Assembly (NCBI GenBank): GCA_039096225.1
Contig: JBBPEB010000024.1
Coordinates: 496,001 to 560,000 of the forward strand
DNA: 64,000 nucleotides
Reading direction: 5' to 3'
From: Blastocystis sp. Blastoise
Lineage: Eukaryota; Protista; Bigyra: Opalinata
This document shows, in pieces, positions 46,712-61,434 of the stretch. Positions within the stretch are counted from its first letter, which is position 1. Each line of letters starts with the position of its first letter. The notes under the pieces were generated by a model, which had not been told where the DNA came from, searched no databases, and saw nothing but the letters and a program-made list of their open reading frames with translations. A program made the translations under genes and the position numbers.

Positions 46712-47489
46712 AATATAGTTATATAATTGAATTTTTCTTTTTCTTTTATATATATATATTACTTTCTATTTATATATTATATTGTATCATTATGTCTTTT
46801 ACTATTATTTATATATAATTTGCATTTTATTTGTTTTCGTTTATTTTCATTTTCTTTATATATATATATATATATATATATTTGTTTTACATGACGAATA
46901 ATCTGTTTTGAATTGCATTTGTGTATATTCGGAGATTTCCATTTTATTTTTTAAATTTTGTTGTCTTTTTTTTAAATATCTACTTTATTTTTATTTCACA
47001 AATGACTCAATTCACAAATTATTTATTTAAAACGACAATATATATATAAAATTATAAAACAACTCTTTCATTTCCTCAATAATGTCCATAAATGTCCAAA
47101 TTTTCAACAACTTTTACATTAAAATGCTTTCTTTAGATCTCTAAACACACGACTCATCCTTATTTTCAAGAATCTCTTGATAAAAATGGAATTTAAATAC
47201 AATAAGCACAAAAAATGATTCTACTGAATATTCTAGAAAAAAAAGATAACCGTCAGAAAATATTCCAATATATTTATAGAAAAAATAAAAATCACCAGTC
47301 AAATTCCAGAAAAGGAAATTCCCGTAAGAAAATCAGGTTTTTCAACGAATAAATTTCATTAAAAAATTCAATAAACAACTTTTCATTTGTTTTTTTTATT
47401 TAGATCATTTTTTTATTTATTTATATATTTTTTTATATACATTTATTGTTAATTTTATAAATTTTTATTTATTTGATTTGTGATTTAAA

Positions 47490-48485
47490 ATGACTACTTA
47501 TGGAGATACTAAATATTGGGATGATCGTTATTTAAAGTATTTTTTTTTAACTGTTGTTTTCTTCATTTATCTTATTTTCTTCTTATTTATTCATTATAGA
47601 GATACGGATGAATTTGAATGGTATCAGGGTTATGATAGTTTAAAGTCTATTTTATCTCAATATGTAAAGAGAGATGATCACATTCTTATTGTTGGATGTG
47701 GCAACTCAAGTATGAATCATTTGTGGCTAAATTTTTTTATTTTTTTATGTACAATCATTATTATTGATTTTACATAGATATTACAGGAGATATGTATAAA
47801 GATGGTACATATTCATAGTGTTATTCTTCTTCTTTCTACTGTCTTCTTTCGTAGGATATAAATACATTACAAACATCGATATCTCATCAGTTTGTATTCA
47901 ACAGATGAAAACAAAATATGCTTCCACACCAGAAATTCAATGTATATATATATTTTTATCGATTTATATATATGTATTATTATTTTTATAAGTTTGTTTT
48001 ATTTATTATTATTCATTTATAGGGGACGTTATGGATGTGTGTCATATGACATATTCTGATGAATCATTTGATTTTATTTTTGATAAAGGAACAATGGATG
48101 CTATTTTATGTAGCGACAACGATCAAGAAGCTTGCTCCTCAGCATTAAAAGAAATTTTAAGAGTATTAAAACCAAATGGTATTTATTTTAATATGACTTA
48201 TGGAATTCCTTCAAATAGAATGTGCTATTTTAATATACCTCCTTTTCAAGTTACACATGAACAAGTTCGTATGTTTTTATTTTTATTTTAATTTTAATAA
48301 TTTTTTTATCCTTTTTATATTAAATTTATATACATTTATTGTGTACTTTTTTTATTTTTATTTTTTTAATTCCTATATATATATATATAGTTAAGCCTCA
48401 ATTACAGAATATTCCTGGTTCTGTTGATGACGCACACCGTTATCATCATATGTATATATGTAAAAAAATAACTTCAAAAGAATAA
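47490..48485 (+). CDS. Class I SAM-dependent methyltransferase, EEF1AKMT4/METTL13-N-like
   Basis: YGDTKYWDDRY, FEWY, ILIVGCGNS, NIDIS, FDFIFDKGTMDA and EILRVLKPNG motifs. Five GT-AG introns. Confidence 0.9.
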
Positions 48486-48961
48486 AAATAATTATTATAT
48501 ATATATATTTGTTTTTTCTATAATTTATAATTATTATTTTGTGTAATTTTTAATTATTTCTTTTTATAATAATATTTTGTAAAGTAAATATTAATATGAA
48601 TAAGAATCAATATTAACAAAACAATTATTATGAAAATAAAAAATATATATATAATAAAAAAAAGTTAAAAATTATATATATATACATATGAAGAAAAACG
48701 AAAAGGTTAAAATTTGACGAAAATAAATAAATTATATATATTAACATATTCATTTATAAAAAAAGAATAGATAAAAAAAAATTATTTCTTAAATAGAAAA
48801 TATATGATGAAAAAAAATTCTAAAAAATAAAATCTAATATATATATAAAACCTAGAATATAAAAAATAACAAAAATATTTATTTATGAACAATAAAATGA
48901 TAATAATAATAAAAAAAATATTGATTTATATATATATATATACAATAAAAAATAATCGTGA

Positions 48962-49271
48962 TTATTCATATGTAAATATTGATTGCTTTGTCACGTGTAC
49001 AACTGTATCTTCAGGAATACTATTCTCTTCATCTGAAATACTATTTTCAACAGGCGAATCAATATCAGTTGCTAAAGGCCCTTCAATATTATTATTATTA
49101 TATATATATCCATTATATATATATTGATTATTCTCCATAGAATTCATATCTATATCTATATCATGACTATCCTGGGGATCCTGAATTATAACAGTATTAT
49201 TTTCATTTTCCCCGTGATTATATGTATCAGGAGAAATTTCTTCAGGTTCTATTGTATCAACAGCCTATATA

Positions 49272-49329
<58 letters not shown>

Positions 49330-49424
49330 TATTATATATATATATACTTCATATTCATGAATCACTTTTCCCGTGAATAATTCATCAAAAAGAACTCGTG
49401 TCATCTTCTTATCATCAGGGAATA

Positions 49425-49467
<43 letters not shown>

Positions 49468-49585
49468 ATATAATATAATATATATATACTAAATTTAAAA
49501 AGATGTAATAATCGCGGGGATAATGAGCTTTTACTAAAATAAAAATTCAATTAATATATTAATTACAATATATAATTAAATAATA

Positions 49586-49638
<53 letters not shown>

Positions 49639-49751
49639 TTTAAATAAACAATAAAACAGTATGTATATAAATATAATATTCCAATTAAACAAGAAAATAA
49701 ATGTGTTAATATATATAACCATTGCATTCTTTTGTGACTATATATATATAC

Positions 49752-49791
<40 letters not shown>

Positions 49792-50431
49792 TATATATAT
49801 ACATAACAAATTTCATGCAATATATTTGTATAGTTTGATATATATTAGTAGATATATATATAATTGTTAATAATATTATATATAGAAATGAATTACTTAT
49901 AAACGTATTATAAGGATCTAAATAATCAGGAATTAATATAAATATAATAATAAATATATATATATATATATATACTTCTATAAATAAAATAATATAAGAA
50001 AGAGGAGCATAAACTATAGAAACTGGCTTCTATTCCCGCCATCGGATCTGCCGGGAACATGGTGAACGTTAAACATAATGTAGGTAACAACTATATATAT
50101 ATATATAATATATATATAATATATAATAATATATAATAATATATAATAGGATAATAAATATAATATAAAATAATAATAATATAAAATAACATATACTAAT
50201 AATATTTAATAATAATATATAATATATATATATATACCCATTTCCAAAGTATCATTATTTTATTATCAATAATTGATTCTTGCATTTCACGCTGTTTTTC
50301 AAATAATGATTTCTCAAACGTAATATCAGGATATAAATAGAAGGATAGAAATGAAAGAAGAAGAAGGAATGACGCAGCGAGGGATGGTGTAACGGAAGAT
50401 AACAGATTCGTTGATAAAATATAACTATGAT

Positions 50432-50463
<32 letters not shown>

Positions 50464-51920
50464 TAAATAATAATATATATATAACCGCTAATAATTCCCG
50501 CCAAATGTCCTGAGAGGGAAGATGAAGGAACGAGAAGTTTCATAATAATAAGCGTTACAAATGGTGAGGGATTAAATGGAATAATAATTGATAAGAATGG
50601 AATAGTGATCTTTTGTGTTTCGAAACAATAATTAATAAATGGAAGAGGACAAACAGAAGTTGCGAATTGTGATTCATACGTTAAAAACGCAAATAAAACA
50701 CAACTATAACCCAAACTGAATACAGATTTATAACTATATATATATATATAATCATTTATAACTATATATATATAAATATTTATACTTTTTCTTTCCTAGT
50801 TTATATATATATATTGGATATAATATATAATACACAATAAATGCACTAGAGAACATAATAAGGAATGAATAACTATATAAAAATAATAATAAGTATAATA
50901 AATATATAAATACTATAATAATAAGAATAAACATTATAAACATAATAAACATAATAAACATAGTAAAAATAATAACATAAATATATATAATAATATATAT
51001 ATACGTTAAATATCTTAAACTACCCCACTGAATTTCTAATTCTTTAATTTGAAATAACATACTTATATTCATAAATAAATGTAATATATTTTCATGGGAA
51101 AATGATGAAAATATTATTCTCCAATATTCATATTGTTCTATAATACTATAATAATTTATACCTATAGAATGAATTGACCATTTTTCATCCCATATTCTAA
51201 ACCATAAAATAATCATGATTAATATTAAAATTATAGTCATGGGAGTAGTTTTAACCGTAGTTATTATTTTATTTGTAGAGGTTTCTATAAAGTATTAAAA
51301 AATCATAAAATTCAATATTAAAAATTATATATAGATATATATTAATAACCAATACCAAAAGGAAAATTATGATTCCATAACATGAATGTATGTGTACTTT
51401 CTACATGGCAATAAATTTCTTGTAACCCTATATAATTTTAATTTCATAAACAAATGAAACATAATTACAATGAATACCTTCAGATGGATGATTTGATAGT
51501 TTATCTTTAATAACAGCAAATCGTTGACCTCGAATCATTACCTCATAATTATTAAACTCGTTTGTTTCCATACCATATTCGGAATAACAATCTCTTTTAC
51601 ATAAACTTCTTTGAAAATCGTAGATGTTTGGCATAGGAGACTTGTATTGATAGTTTCGTTTTGCAAAATGACGTCGTAAACCATGGGAACGAGATCTATA
51701 AACAGAAAAATGACATAATTTCCTTTTATCAAGATGCAAAATGTTCTAGTTGATATTGTATATTCATATACGCATCATAAATATAATATCCATCAATAGA
51801 ACTATCAGTACAGTTCGTTACAATGAGTTTTTCTTTCGAACCACTCACTGAAATATTAGCCATCGTAGCTAAACAAACAAATAAAGCTGCTAAAAAGATA
51901 ATAAATCTCTTTATCTTCAT
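48962..51920 (-). CDS. Rhomboid intramembrane protease (RHBDL4/plant RBL13-like) with extra N-terminal luminal region and C-terminal TM region
   Basis: WRIIFSSFSH..LHLFMN, GYSC (catalytic Ser) and GHLAG (catalytic His). Upstream exons at 51340-51920 and downstream exons to SIFTYE-stop join in phase. Some internal boundaries are approximate. Confidence 0.8.
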
Positions 51921-52220
51921 TTTAATTGCGATAAACAATTTTTTATCAAAATGAACAGAAGGCTTTTATCCCATGTTTTTATCAATCACTTTGTTCGATT
52001 TTTATGATTTATTTTTTTGGTTTAAAAAACACATATATTCACGGGAATGAAATGGAAGTTCTCTGTTTTTCCACTTCTTCATTATAATTTCATAAATATC
52101 ATTATTTGATATATTGATCGAATTACTTTGCATATCTAGATAATAGGTATTTTTTCTGATTTTAATTGTCATTGTTTATAGAGTATTGCTGAAGTATATT
52201 GATTTATTTGGAATCGAACC

Positions 52221-52706
52221 ATGTTATCTATTACAAACACTCTAACTAAAGCTATCACCCAAATACCCATAAAGCAAGCATTGCTTTGTGCTGAAAATAA
52301 ACCTAACTATGTTCATCCAACTGGTGTTGAGCGTGATCGTCTATTAGAAATTCGAAATCAACTTGAGAAAGAAACTGATGAAGGATCTGTAGATCTCTCT
52401 ATTGAAGATAAATTAGCAAAAATTACTATTTGTAATCCTCATAAGAAAAATGCAATGACGTATAGTTATAAATAGTTTTTTTTTAATATTATTTTTTTGT
52501 TGAAGAAATTTCAAATATTATTTGAATTTTTTTATATAGTGAAAAAATGATTGTTGACTTTTTTGATATAGCTGATTATTTATCAAGTTGGAAAGGCAAT
52601 TTTATTCTTCTTCAAGGATCAAAACATACTTTTTGTAGTGGTTTTGATTTAGAAACAGCTGTTAAGTATGTATATATTATTATGATTATGGTTATTCTGG
52701 TTATTA

Positions 52707-52745
<39 letters not shown>

Positions 52746-53352
52746 TATTATTATTATTATTATTATGTTTATTATTTTTATTATTATTATTATATTTATT
52801 ATATTTATTATATTTATTCTGTATATTCTGTATTTTGTTATTTTTATGTATTTATATAATAAAATGAATAATAATAATAACTATAATTATTCTATATAAT
52901 AATATAGAATAATCTATAATTATTCTATATAATAATATAGATATTCTCATAATAAAGAAGGCAAATTAAATATGGCTTTATTTATGCAAGATACTTGTAA
53001 CAGAATTAAACGGCTACCAATCCCATCGTGTTCTTTTGTCGAAGGATACGCCATGGGTGGGGGCGCGGAAATCACAACTTCTACTGATTTTAGGTATATT
53101 ATTTATTATTATATTTACTATATATATTATATATTATATAAATAATAATAGTAATAATAAATTATATATAGAATTATGAGTCCTTCTGCAATAACACGTT
53201 TTGTGCACGTGCGATTAGGATTGTGTCCCTCATGGGGTGGGGGTAGCCGTTTAGCAAGTATTATTGGCCCAAAAAATGTATTTATTATTATTATTATGAT
53301 TATTATGATTATTATTATTATTATTATTATTACTATTATTATTATTATTATG

Positions 53353-53391
<39 letters not shown>

Positions 53392-53940
53392 ATTATTATC
53401 TTCATCATCATTCTTCTTATTAATCATATTATTATTATTATTATTATAGGCCCTAAGATATATTGGTTCAGCTACTCCAATCAATGCTGAAACTGGCTTA
53501 AAAATTGGTTATTGTGAGGATATTCTTGAAGAAAATAAATTACATGAATTTTATTCACCCTTTTTAGAATATTCTTCAGACGCAGTTAATGCAGTTAAAA
53601 CTATTATTTCTGGTATATATATATATATATAGAGTTTTATTATTATTAAAAAAATTTTTAAAAACCCTAATTTTTTTATTCTATATTAAAAATATATTTT
53701 ATAAATATATTATTAAATATATTCTATAAATATATTATTTAATATATTTTATAAATAAATAATTATATATATATAGGAGTTCAGAATGAGTTAATTACAT
53801 CAGAAATAATGAGAATAGAGCAAGACCAAATGAATATGTTATTTAATTCAAAAAGTAATAAAGTTGGGTTAGATACGTGTCCTATTGCTCAGAAATATAG
53901 AAAACGACATGAACAAAATCATTCTTCTTTTGAAAATTAA
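52221..53940 (+). CDS. Crotonase-fold enzyme, ethylmalonyl-CoA decarboxylase (ECHDC1)-like
   Basis: NPHKKNAMT, FCSGFDL, GYAMGGGAEITTSTDFR and FVHVRLGLCPSWGGGSRL motifs. Five GT-AG introns. N-terminus resembles a targeting peptide. Confidence 0.85.
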
Positions 53941-54167
53941 TTTTTATTTCCTTGAGATTAAAGAATAATAATATAATTTATTAATTTTTTTAATATATCT
54001 CTACATTAATGAGTCAATTCTTCATTGTTTTTTCTAATAATATAATTTATAGACACCATAGTATAACTAAAAAATACATACATATAAATACCAAAAAAAA
54101 TTATTTTATTTCAAAAAATAATAATACATATATTATTATTTCATTCTATGATTTCTGTTCAAAAATG

Positions 54168-54240
54168 CACCCGACCCGAGACTTGAACTCGGAATCTCCT
54201 GCTTAGGAGGCAGACGCCTTATCCATTAGGCCAGAAGGGT
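54168..54240 (-). tRNA. tRNA-Arg(CCT)
   Basis: ACCCTTC TGGCCTAATGGATAAGGCG TCTGC CT-CCT-AA GCAGG AGATT CCGAG TTCAAGT CTCGG GTCGGGT G. A and B boxes are intact and a T5 Pol III terminator lies at 54161-54165. The acceptor stem has two mismatches. Confidence 0.9.
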
Positions 54241-54696
54241 ACGTCACTGATTGCCTTTAAATATTCTCTATAAAGGTGAATAAAATTCTTGTTATTCGAT
54301 TATTTTCAAAAAAAATATTTATTCTTTTTTTTATTATTTTATTATTTTATTTTTTTTAAATATCATTATAAAAGTTTAAATACATTTTGTGTTTGATTTG
54401 ATATGACGAAATGATTTTTGAAGCAATTCACTTTTTACAAAAACAGATTGTTTTCTAAATTTTTCATAATTCATTAATTTGACTATTTTGATACATATTC
54501 ATCATTAGAACAATATTTTATGCTTTGTAAAATAAATTAGATATGTAATTTAAGAAACATTATTACAATTCATTTCCTCTATATGTTTAAATATTCACAT
54601 CAAAGATATTCAGATAAAGAGATAGCTTTATCAAACTCAAAATAATATTTATATTTAATCATTTAAAACAAATAATAATGATTTCTTTTAACTAGA

Positions 54697-56343
54697 ATGT
54701 ATAAACTTATATCAAATTCATTGAATAATGCAATAAAATTAGTCAGTAGATCCTCTCTCAGAAGATACAATACGATTAGTCCTTTGTCATCAATTCATTG
54801 TGTTCCCGGTGTACGATTCTTTTCAGAGAAAAATTCAAACTTATATGTATGTAACAAGTGTGGTACATCCTATACAAAATGGAGAGGTCAATGCTCTAAT
54901 TGTCAAGAATGGAATACCATTATAGAAAAGCCAGTTATCAACACGACTTCATCTTCTCGAGTTCAGAATGTTCTACAAAAGAATAAATCTGAAACTTTAA
55001 TGAAACCAGTTTCTCTCCATTCTATTGTTCTTCCTGTAAATAGTCGAATTCAATTACCAGGTCAAGAAATTAATCGTGTTTTTGGAGGTGGTATCGTCAG
55101 AGGATCTGTCACACTTATTGGTGGTGAACCTGGTATCGGGAAAAGCACATTACTTTTAAAATTATGTCAAGATATTTGTGGTACATTCTTATCTTTTTAT
55201 TTTTTATTTTTTATTTTTTATTTATATACTTTTTATCAATTTTATTTTTACTATTATATATATATATAGAATCATCAAAAGAGAATGTATTATATATATC
55301 CGCAGAAGAAAATATTCAACAAATATATATACGTGCAAAACGATTATCTACAATGCCTTTATCATTATATATATCACATGAAACGAATCTAAATAATATA
55401 CTTAATTATCTTAATCAAATGAAAGTATATATATATTTGTTTAAATTTGATTTTTTATATATATTTAATATAGATTTTTTATATATATTATCATTGTATA
55501 TATATAAATTATATATGTGTTTTTAAACATATATATATATATAGAATCAATATAAAATTGTGGTTATTGATTCAATTCAAACTGTATTTTTACCTTCTAT
55601 TTCTTCCTCACCTGGTATATATATAATATATATATTATTTATTATTATTTTACATATATTATTTTTTTTTTCAATTTATATATATATAATTAATTTTTTT
55701 AAATTTTTTTTTCAATTTATATATATAAATAAATTTATATATATAGGTAGTATTAGTCAAGTGAGAGAGTGTTCGTCATTATTACAAACATTTGCAAAAG
55801 ATAATAATGTAACACTATTCCTTGTGGGTCACGTGACAAAATCAGGTGATTTGGCGGGGCCACGAACTTTAGAACATATCGTAGATACAGTATATATATA
55901 TATATAATAATAATAATAATAGTATATAATAATAATAATAATAATAATAGTATATAATAATAGTATATAATATATATAATATATATATATAGGTAATCTA
56001 TTTAGAAGGTGATGAACGTACGAGTTATAGATATTTGCGCGGTATTAAAAACCGCTATGGCGCCACTGACGAAATAGGAATGCTAGAAATGAAAGAAAAT
56101 GGATTAATTGAAGTAACAGATTGTTCATCATTTTTATCAATACCTCCTCAAGCTGACTCTATAGATTCCCGCGGGGATTCTCCAATAATAAAAAAGAATA
56201 TAAAACATACTGGTTGTTCTGTTGGTATATCGTTTAATGGATCAAGAGCCATACCTATAGAAGTATATATATATATATAATATATTATTTCCATGTTAAT
56301 TCTTTTTTTTAATTATTTTATTATTTGGTATAATTATTAAATG

Positions 56344-56380
<37 letters not shown>

Positions 56381-56403
56381 GGTTATTCTATATATATTTT
56401 TTA

Positions 56404-56471
<68 letters not shown>

Positions 56472-56472
56472 G

Positions 56473-56549
<77 letters not shown>

Positions 56550-56653
56550 TAGATACAATCCTTATTATGTCCTTCCCTCCAATATCCCCCGCGCTTTCAT
56601 TGTATAGGCATTAATTTTGATAGGTATATATATATATATATAAGTTATAAAAG

Positions 56654-56693
<40 letters not shown>

Positions 56694-57226
56694 TAATAAT
56701 AATAATAATATATATATGTATATAGAGTACAAATGTTATTAGCTGTATTAAGTAAAACTCAATATATATCTTATGGTAGCAATGATGTATATGTGAAAGT
56801 ATATATTTATAAATCAAATAAGAATTATAATAAAAAAAATTATAATAAAAAAAATATATTATAATAATAAAATAACTATATTTTAGATAGCAGGTGGTAT
56901 AAATATACGTGATATTGCTATGGATTTCCCTTTAGCTGTTTCTTTGATTGCATCAATAAAAAATATAAATATTCCCAATAATTATTGTTTTATTGGTGAA
57001 ATTGGCTTAGCAGGTGATTTAAGAAAAGTATTACATATAGATCAACGACTTCGAATTGCAGAATCTATTGGATTTCAACGATGCTTTATTCCAAAAGGAA
57101 CTCTTTATACGCCAACTGTATATTTTCATAGATTCTATTGATCTTAACTCTATTTTCTTTTAGAAAAAAATGACTATTACACAAATTGATTCCATTAAAC
57201 AAGCATTAGATATCTTAATAAAATAA
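54697..57226 (+). CDS. radA: Bacterial-type DNA repair/branch-migration protein RadA/Sms with N-terminal organelle-targeting peptide
   Basis: C4 zinc finger CNKCG..KWRGQCSNCQEWNT, Walker A GGEPGIGKSTL, VIDSIQT, GHVTKSGDLAGPRTLEHIVD, KNRYG and Lon-like GEIGLAGDLR. Eight GT-AG introns. Confidence 0.95.
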
Positions 57227-57648
57227 ACTAACGTTTGTGTTCTTGATTCATTTGTTTTTGTGTTACCAAATAAGCATTAAATTTAAAAAATAACTAATTC
57301 ACTACTGCTTTTATATTCATTTCTTGTTTTATTGAATATCCTAAATCTTCTAATTAAAAAAATAATATTCACAAAGTCTTATTATACTTCCAGTCATTAA
57401 AAACTGTAAAACAGAATAAAAAAAATATATAATACTAACTGGCTCCATAGTTACAGTTTGTATTTGGTCTAATCTTTTTTGTTTTTTTTTGGCGAATTTC
57501 CCATAAATATATTATAAAAACCAGCTACATTTTATGATTTTACACGGAAATCGTAAATAATGGGAAAATTACACTTCCTTTTTATTTGCATTCGTTGTAG
57601 ATTTGTTTTTCTTACTCAATCTTGTTGTTTTTGCATATTTTTATTTAA

Positions 57649-58396
57649 ATGAATACACAAATTCCTAATCAATACAACTACATTCCAAGCGTATCTCCTA
57701 CTCAACCCATGAATACTCAAAGTCAATTATCGTATGTCTAATGAGTGTTTTTTTATCTATTTATATTACGTTTCTTACTTGATTGAAAATTTTAGTCTTA
57801 TCACTCTATAATTTATAGTTCAAATAATAATAATGATGATACATTTAATCCTTATGCTCAACCATCTACTCAATCTCAAGCTATTGGCAATATCTCCGTA
57901 GTCAACGCTTATGGTGATGACTCTAGCAATCAACATATTAATTCTATTCCTTCCTACTATCCTAATCAACCTCAAAATTCGATGGAATCTAAACCTATGA
58001 CTCTTGATGCTATTCAAAGCCAACCTATTTCACCTGCACCTACTCCTGCAACACAATATACTACTTCTGCTCCTGTTATCCCTAGTGGTCCTATTTCGAT
58101 TACAACTCCTAAATTGAATCAAAATCAACAAAATTATAATATTCAACCAAATCAACAATATAATAATAATAATCAACAAAATCAACTGTATAATAGTAAT
58201 CCTCAACAAAATCAACAATATAATTCTCAAATTAATTATCCTAATAATAATAATAATAATAATAATAATATGTATTCTACTCAACCAATGCAACAACAAC
58301 CAATTCAGATGATATGTCCTACATGTCAACAACGTATAAATGCACCTCCTAATGCTCCTATTTTTAGATGCCCTTGTGGACAAGTATATATATATA

Positions 58397-58455
<59 letters not shown>

Positions 58456-58885
58456 TTATTTTTATTATTTTTATTTTTATTATTTTTCAAAAAATTAAAA
58501 ATATTTTATTATTTAATTTTTTTTTTTAAATTATTATTATAATTATATATATAAATAAATTTTACAAGCTCCTTCTCCTTCTCCTTCTCCTTATTATCCA
58601 CAACAACAACAACAACAACAACCTATGTATTCTAATCAACCTGTAGATGCTAATAATTATTATTTATCTACACAATATACTAATCCTGCTACTACTAATA
58701 CCAATAGTATATATACAACAAATGGTACTACTACTAGTTCTACTTCTACTTATAATTCAAATAATACTAAAAAAGATAATAAAAAGAAATCTGATATTTC
58801 TACTGGTGCTGCTACTGCTGGATTAGCTATTGCTGGCGGGCTTCTTCTTGGCGGGCTTCTCTCTCTTGGAGGTGGTAGACATTAA
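57649..58885 (+). CDS. Q/N/P-rich protein with LSD1-like zinc ribbon and C-terminal glycine-zipper hydrophobic segment
   Basis: CPTCQQRINAPPNAPIFRCPCGQ/ILQAP and C-terminal GAATAGLAIAGGLLLGGLLSLGGG. Two introns. Confidence 0.7.
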
Positions 58886-60701
58886 ATATATATATATATA
58901 TATATTCATTGAATTGATTGAGTTTTATTTTTTTTTTATTATATATAAAAATTATTTATTTATTTATTTTTTAGAGCTTTTTATTAGTAATAATTTCATT
59001 TTTAATATATATATATCTTTTTTAATATATGTTTATACTATAATTTGTTCATTATATTTCTTTTATATGTTTAAAATTAATGATATTAATTAATTCATTA
59101 TTGTTTTGTTTATAAAAATATAAATATTAAATTTTTCTTTTATTTAAATATTTGTTATGATAAATAAGAAGATATATATAGAGTATTTAAAAATTTTGTT
59201 GAAATAAAAATGGAAAGAATAGCATAAAACTAATATATAAAATTAAATAATTAATATATATTATCAAAATATAATAATATATTGACAAATTTTAACTTAT
59301 CTATTGAATAAAATGTTAAAAAACGCAATTTCATTTATAAATAGATTTATATATAATGTTAATGAAAAAAGATAGCAAATTAATTATGAATTCACAGAAT
59401 AAATTTAAACGTATTATGACAATATTATGTGTATATTAAAAGTATAATAATAAGTAATTTTATAATTAAAAAACAAAACAAATTTATTGTTTTATGTATT
59501 ATTGAAAAGAATTGATATATATATTTATTATAAATAGTTTAGATAAAAATAGTATTATCAAAATATTTGTTTTTTTTAAATAACATTCAATTATATACAA
59601 ATTTGTTGATAAATTTTAATTAGTTATTATTATTACAAATATTATAAAAGTGAAGAAAAATTATGAAAGTTTTCTTCACTATATATGTATATAATATTAT
59701 TAACATTTCTATATATATAATGAGCTTTTCATATTATTATATATAATTTATTTAAATATTACATTTCATGATAACAATATATATTGATTATTACATTTAT
59801 TTTCATATTATCTTATATATATATGATGAATACATGTAAATAAAAGTGAAACAAAAATAAATTTGTTACTATATATCAACTTATTATAATGATTTTCACT
59901 TAGTTCTTTTTACATTTAAACATTCAATAACAATCTAATTTCATAATCAAGAAAAGATAAAAACTAAATTATTACGAATCCTTTTTTTTTACAAAGAAAA
60001 TAGTGTCATTTTTTATTAATTATAGAATAATAAGCTGTGATATTCATTCTAATTAGATATTTTTAATATAATAACAGATTTATAATATTTCTATTACCTT
60101 GTTTTAAACTCATGGTTCAAAAGATTAACTGTAGTTCATAATTGTTTTGTAATAATATATTTAAAACATTTCTTATTATTTTAATAGTATATAAATATCA
60201 CAAATAAATTTTAAGTGAAAAAATAGTTACTCAACGATAATAATTTTCTTATTCATTTCTAAAACACATTTCAAATAAATAACAAAGAAGAAATACAATG
60301 TCAAAAATTTAATTAATGCAGATATTAATAATATAAACGACTAAAACAAAGAGAATAGAAAAAAGAATAAAAATTAGAAAAACATGATTATTTTATGTTC
60401 TTCTTTTTAAAAAAGAATTATGAAAATTTACAATTATGAAGCACATTTTTTTATTTAATCATAATTTTATCACTTTTCATATTTTTCAAGAAATACTAGA
60501 AAAAAAAATTAGTTTTTGTTTTGTATAGAAATAAAAAAATTATTTCATGTTTATTGTGTTTGTTGTTTCACAGACAATTTAAATATTCACTTAATTTTAA
60601 TTTGTTACAGTAAATTTTATGGATTTACATATTATATAGTTTTAAATATTGTCGTTTCTTCATTTCATTTAGAGATCATTGTATATATAGTTAAATAAGT
60701 C

Positions 60702-61369
60702 ATGTCAGAAGAATTATTTGAAGATAAATGTATTGAATATAAATAATACTATACTATTCTATTTATAGATTTGTTTACATTTCAAGATGAGACGCAATTA
60801 TGGATTCCAACAAAAGTTATTGAGAAATATCCGCAATTACCCTTTTATGATATCATAAAATACTCTGATAAGTATGATGATGGTAGTTATTACATAGATA
60901 GACTTCCTTTTCATATGGATAAAGTGATTTCTTTTTTAAAAGAAGATAATATAAATATTGATTCATTAAATCTACAAGATGGTTATGATATATATAAAAC
61001 ACTTCTTGAATATTCAATTGTAATTAACGATGAGATTCCAAGCTATTTATTATTTCATTTTAAAGAATTATTCTATAATTATTTGAATGAGAACAATTAT
61101 AGTATATATAAGTATGTTCAATGTGAGAAATATCAACAAAAGATAAGTGTTCCTATAGAGTTATATAATATAGAAGAGAAAGAAATACATATTAATGGTA
61201 TTTATATATATTTATAATGATGATGATGATATATATATATATATATATATATAGGATTATTTACACCTCAACGAAAAGATGAATTATTATATTATTCTCT
61301 TCTTATTAAAATGATGAATATTATTAAAGTTGAAATTAGATGTATATATATTTAATAGAAATAGTAATA

Positions 61370-61434
<65 letters not shown>

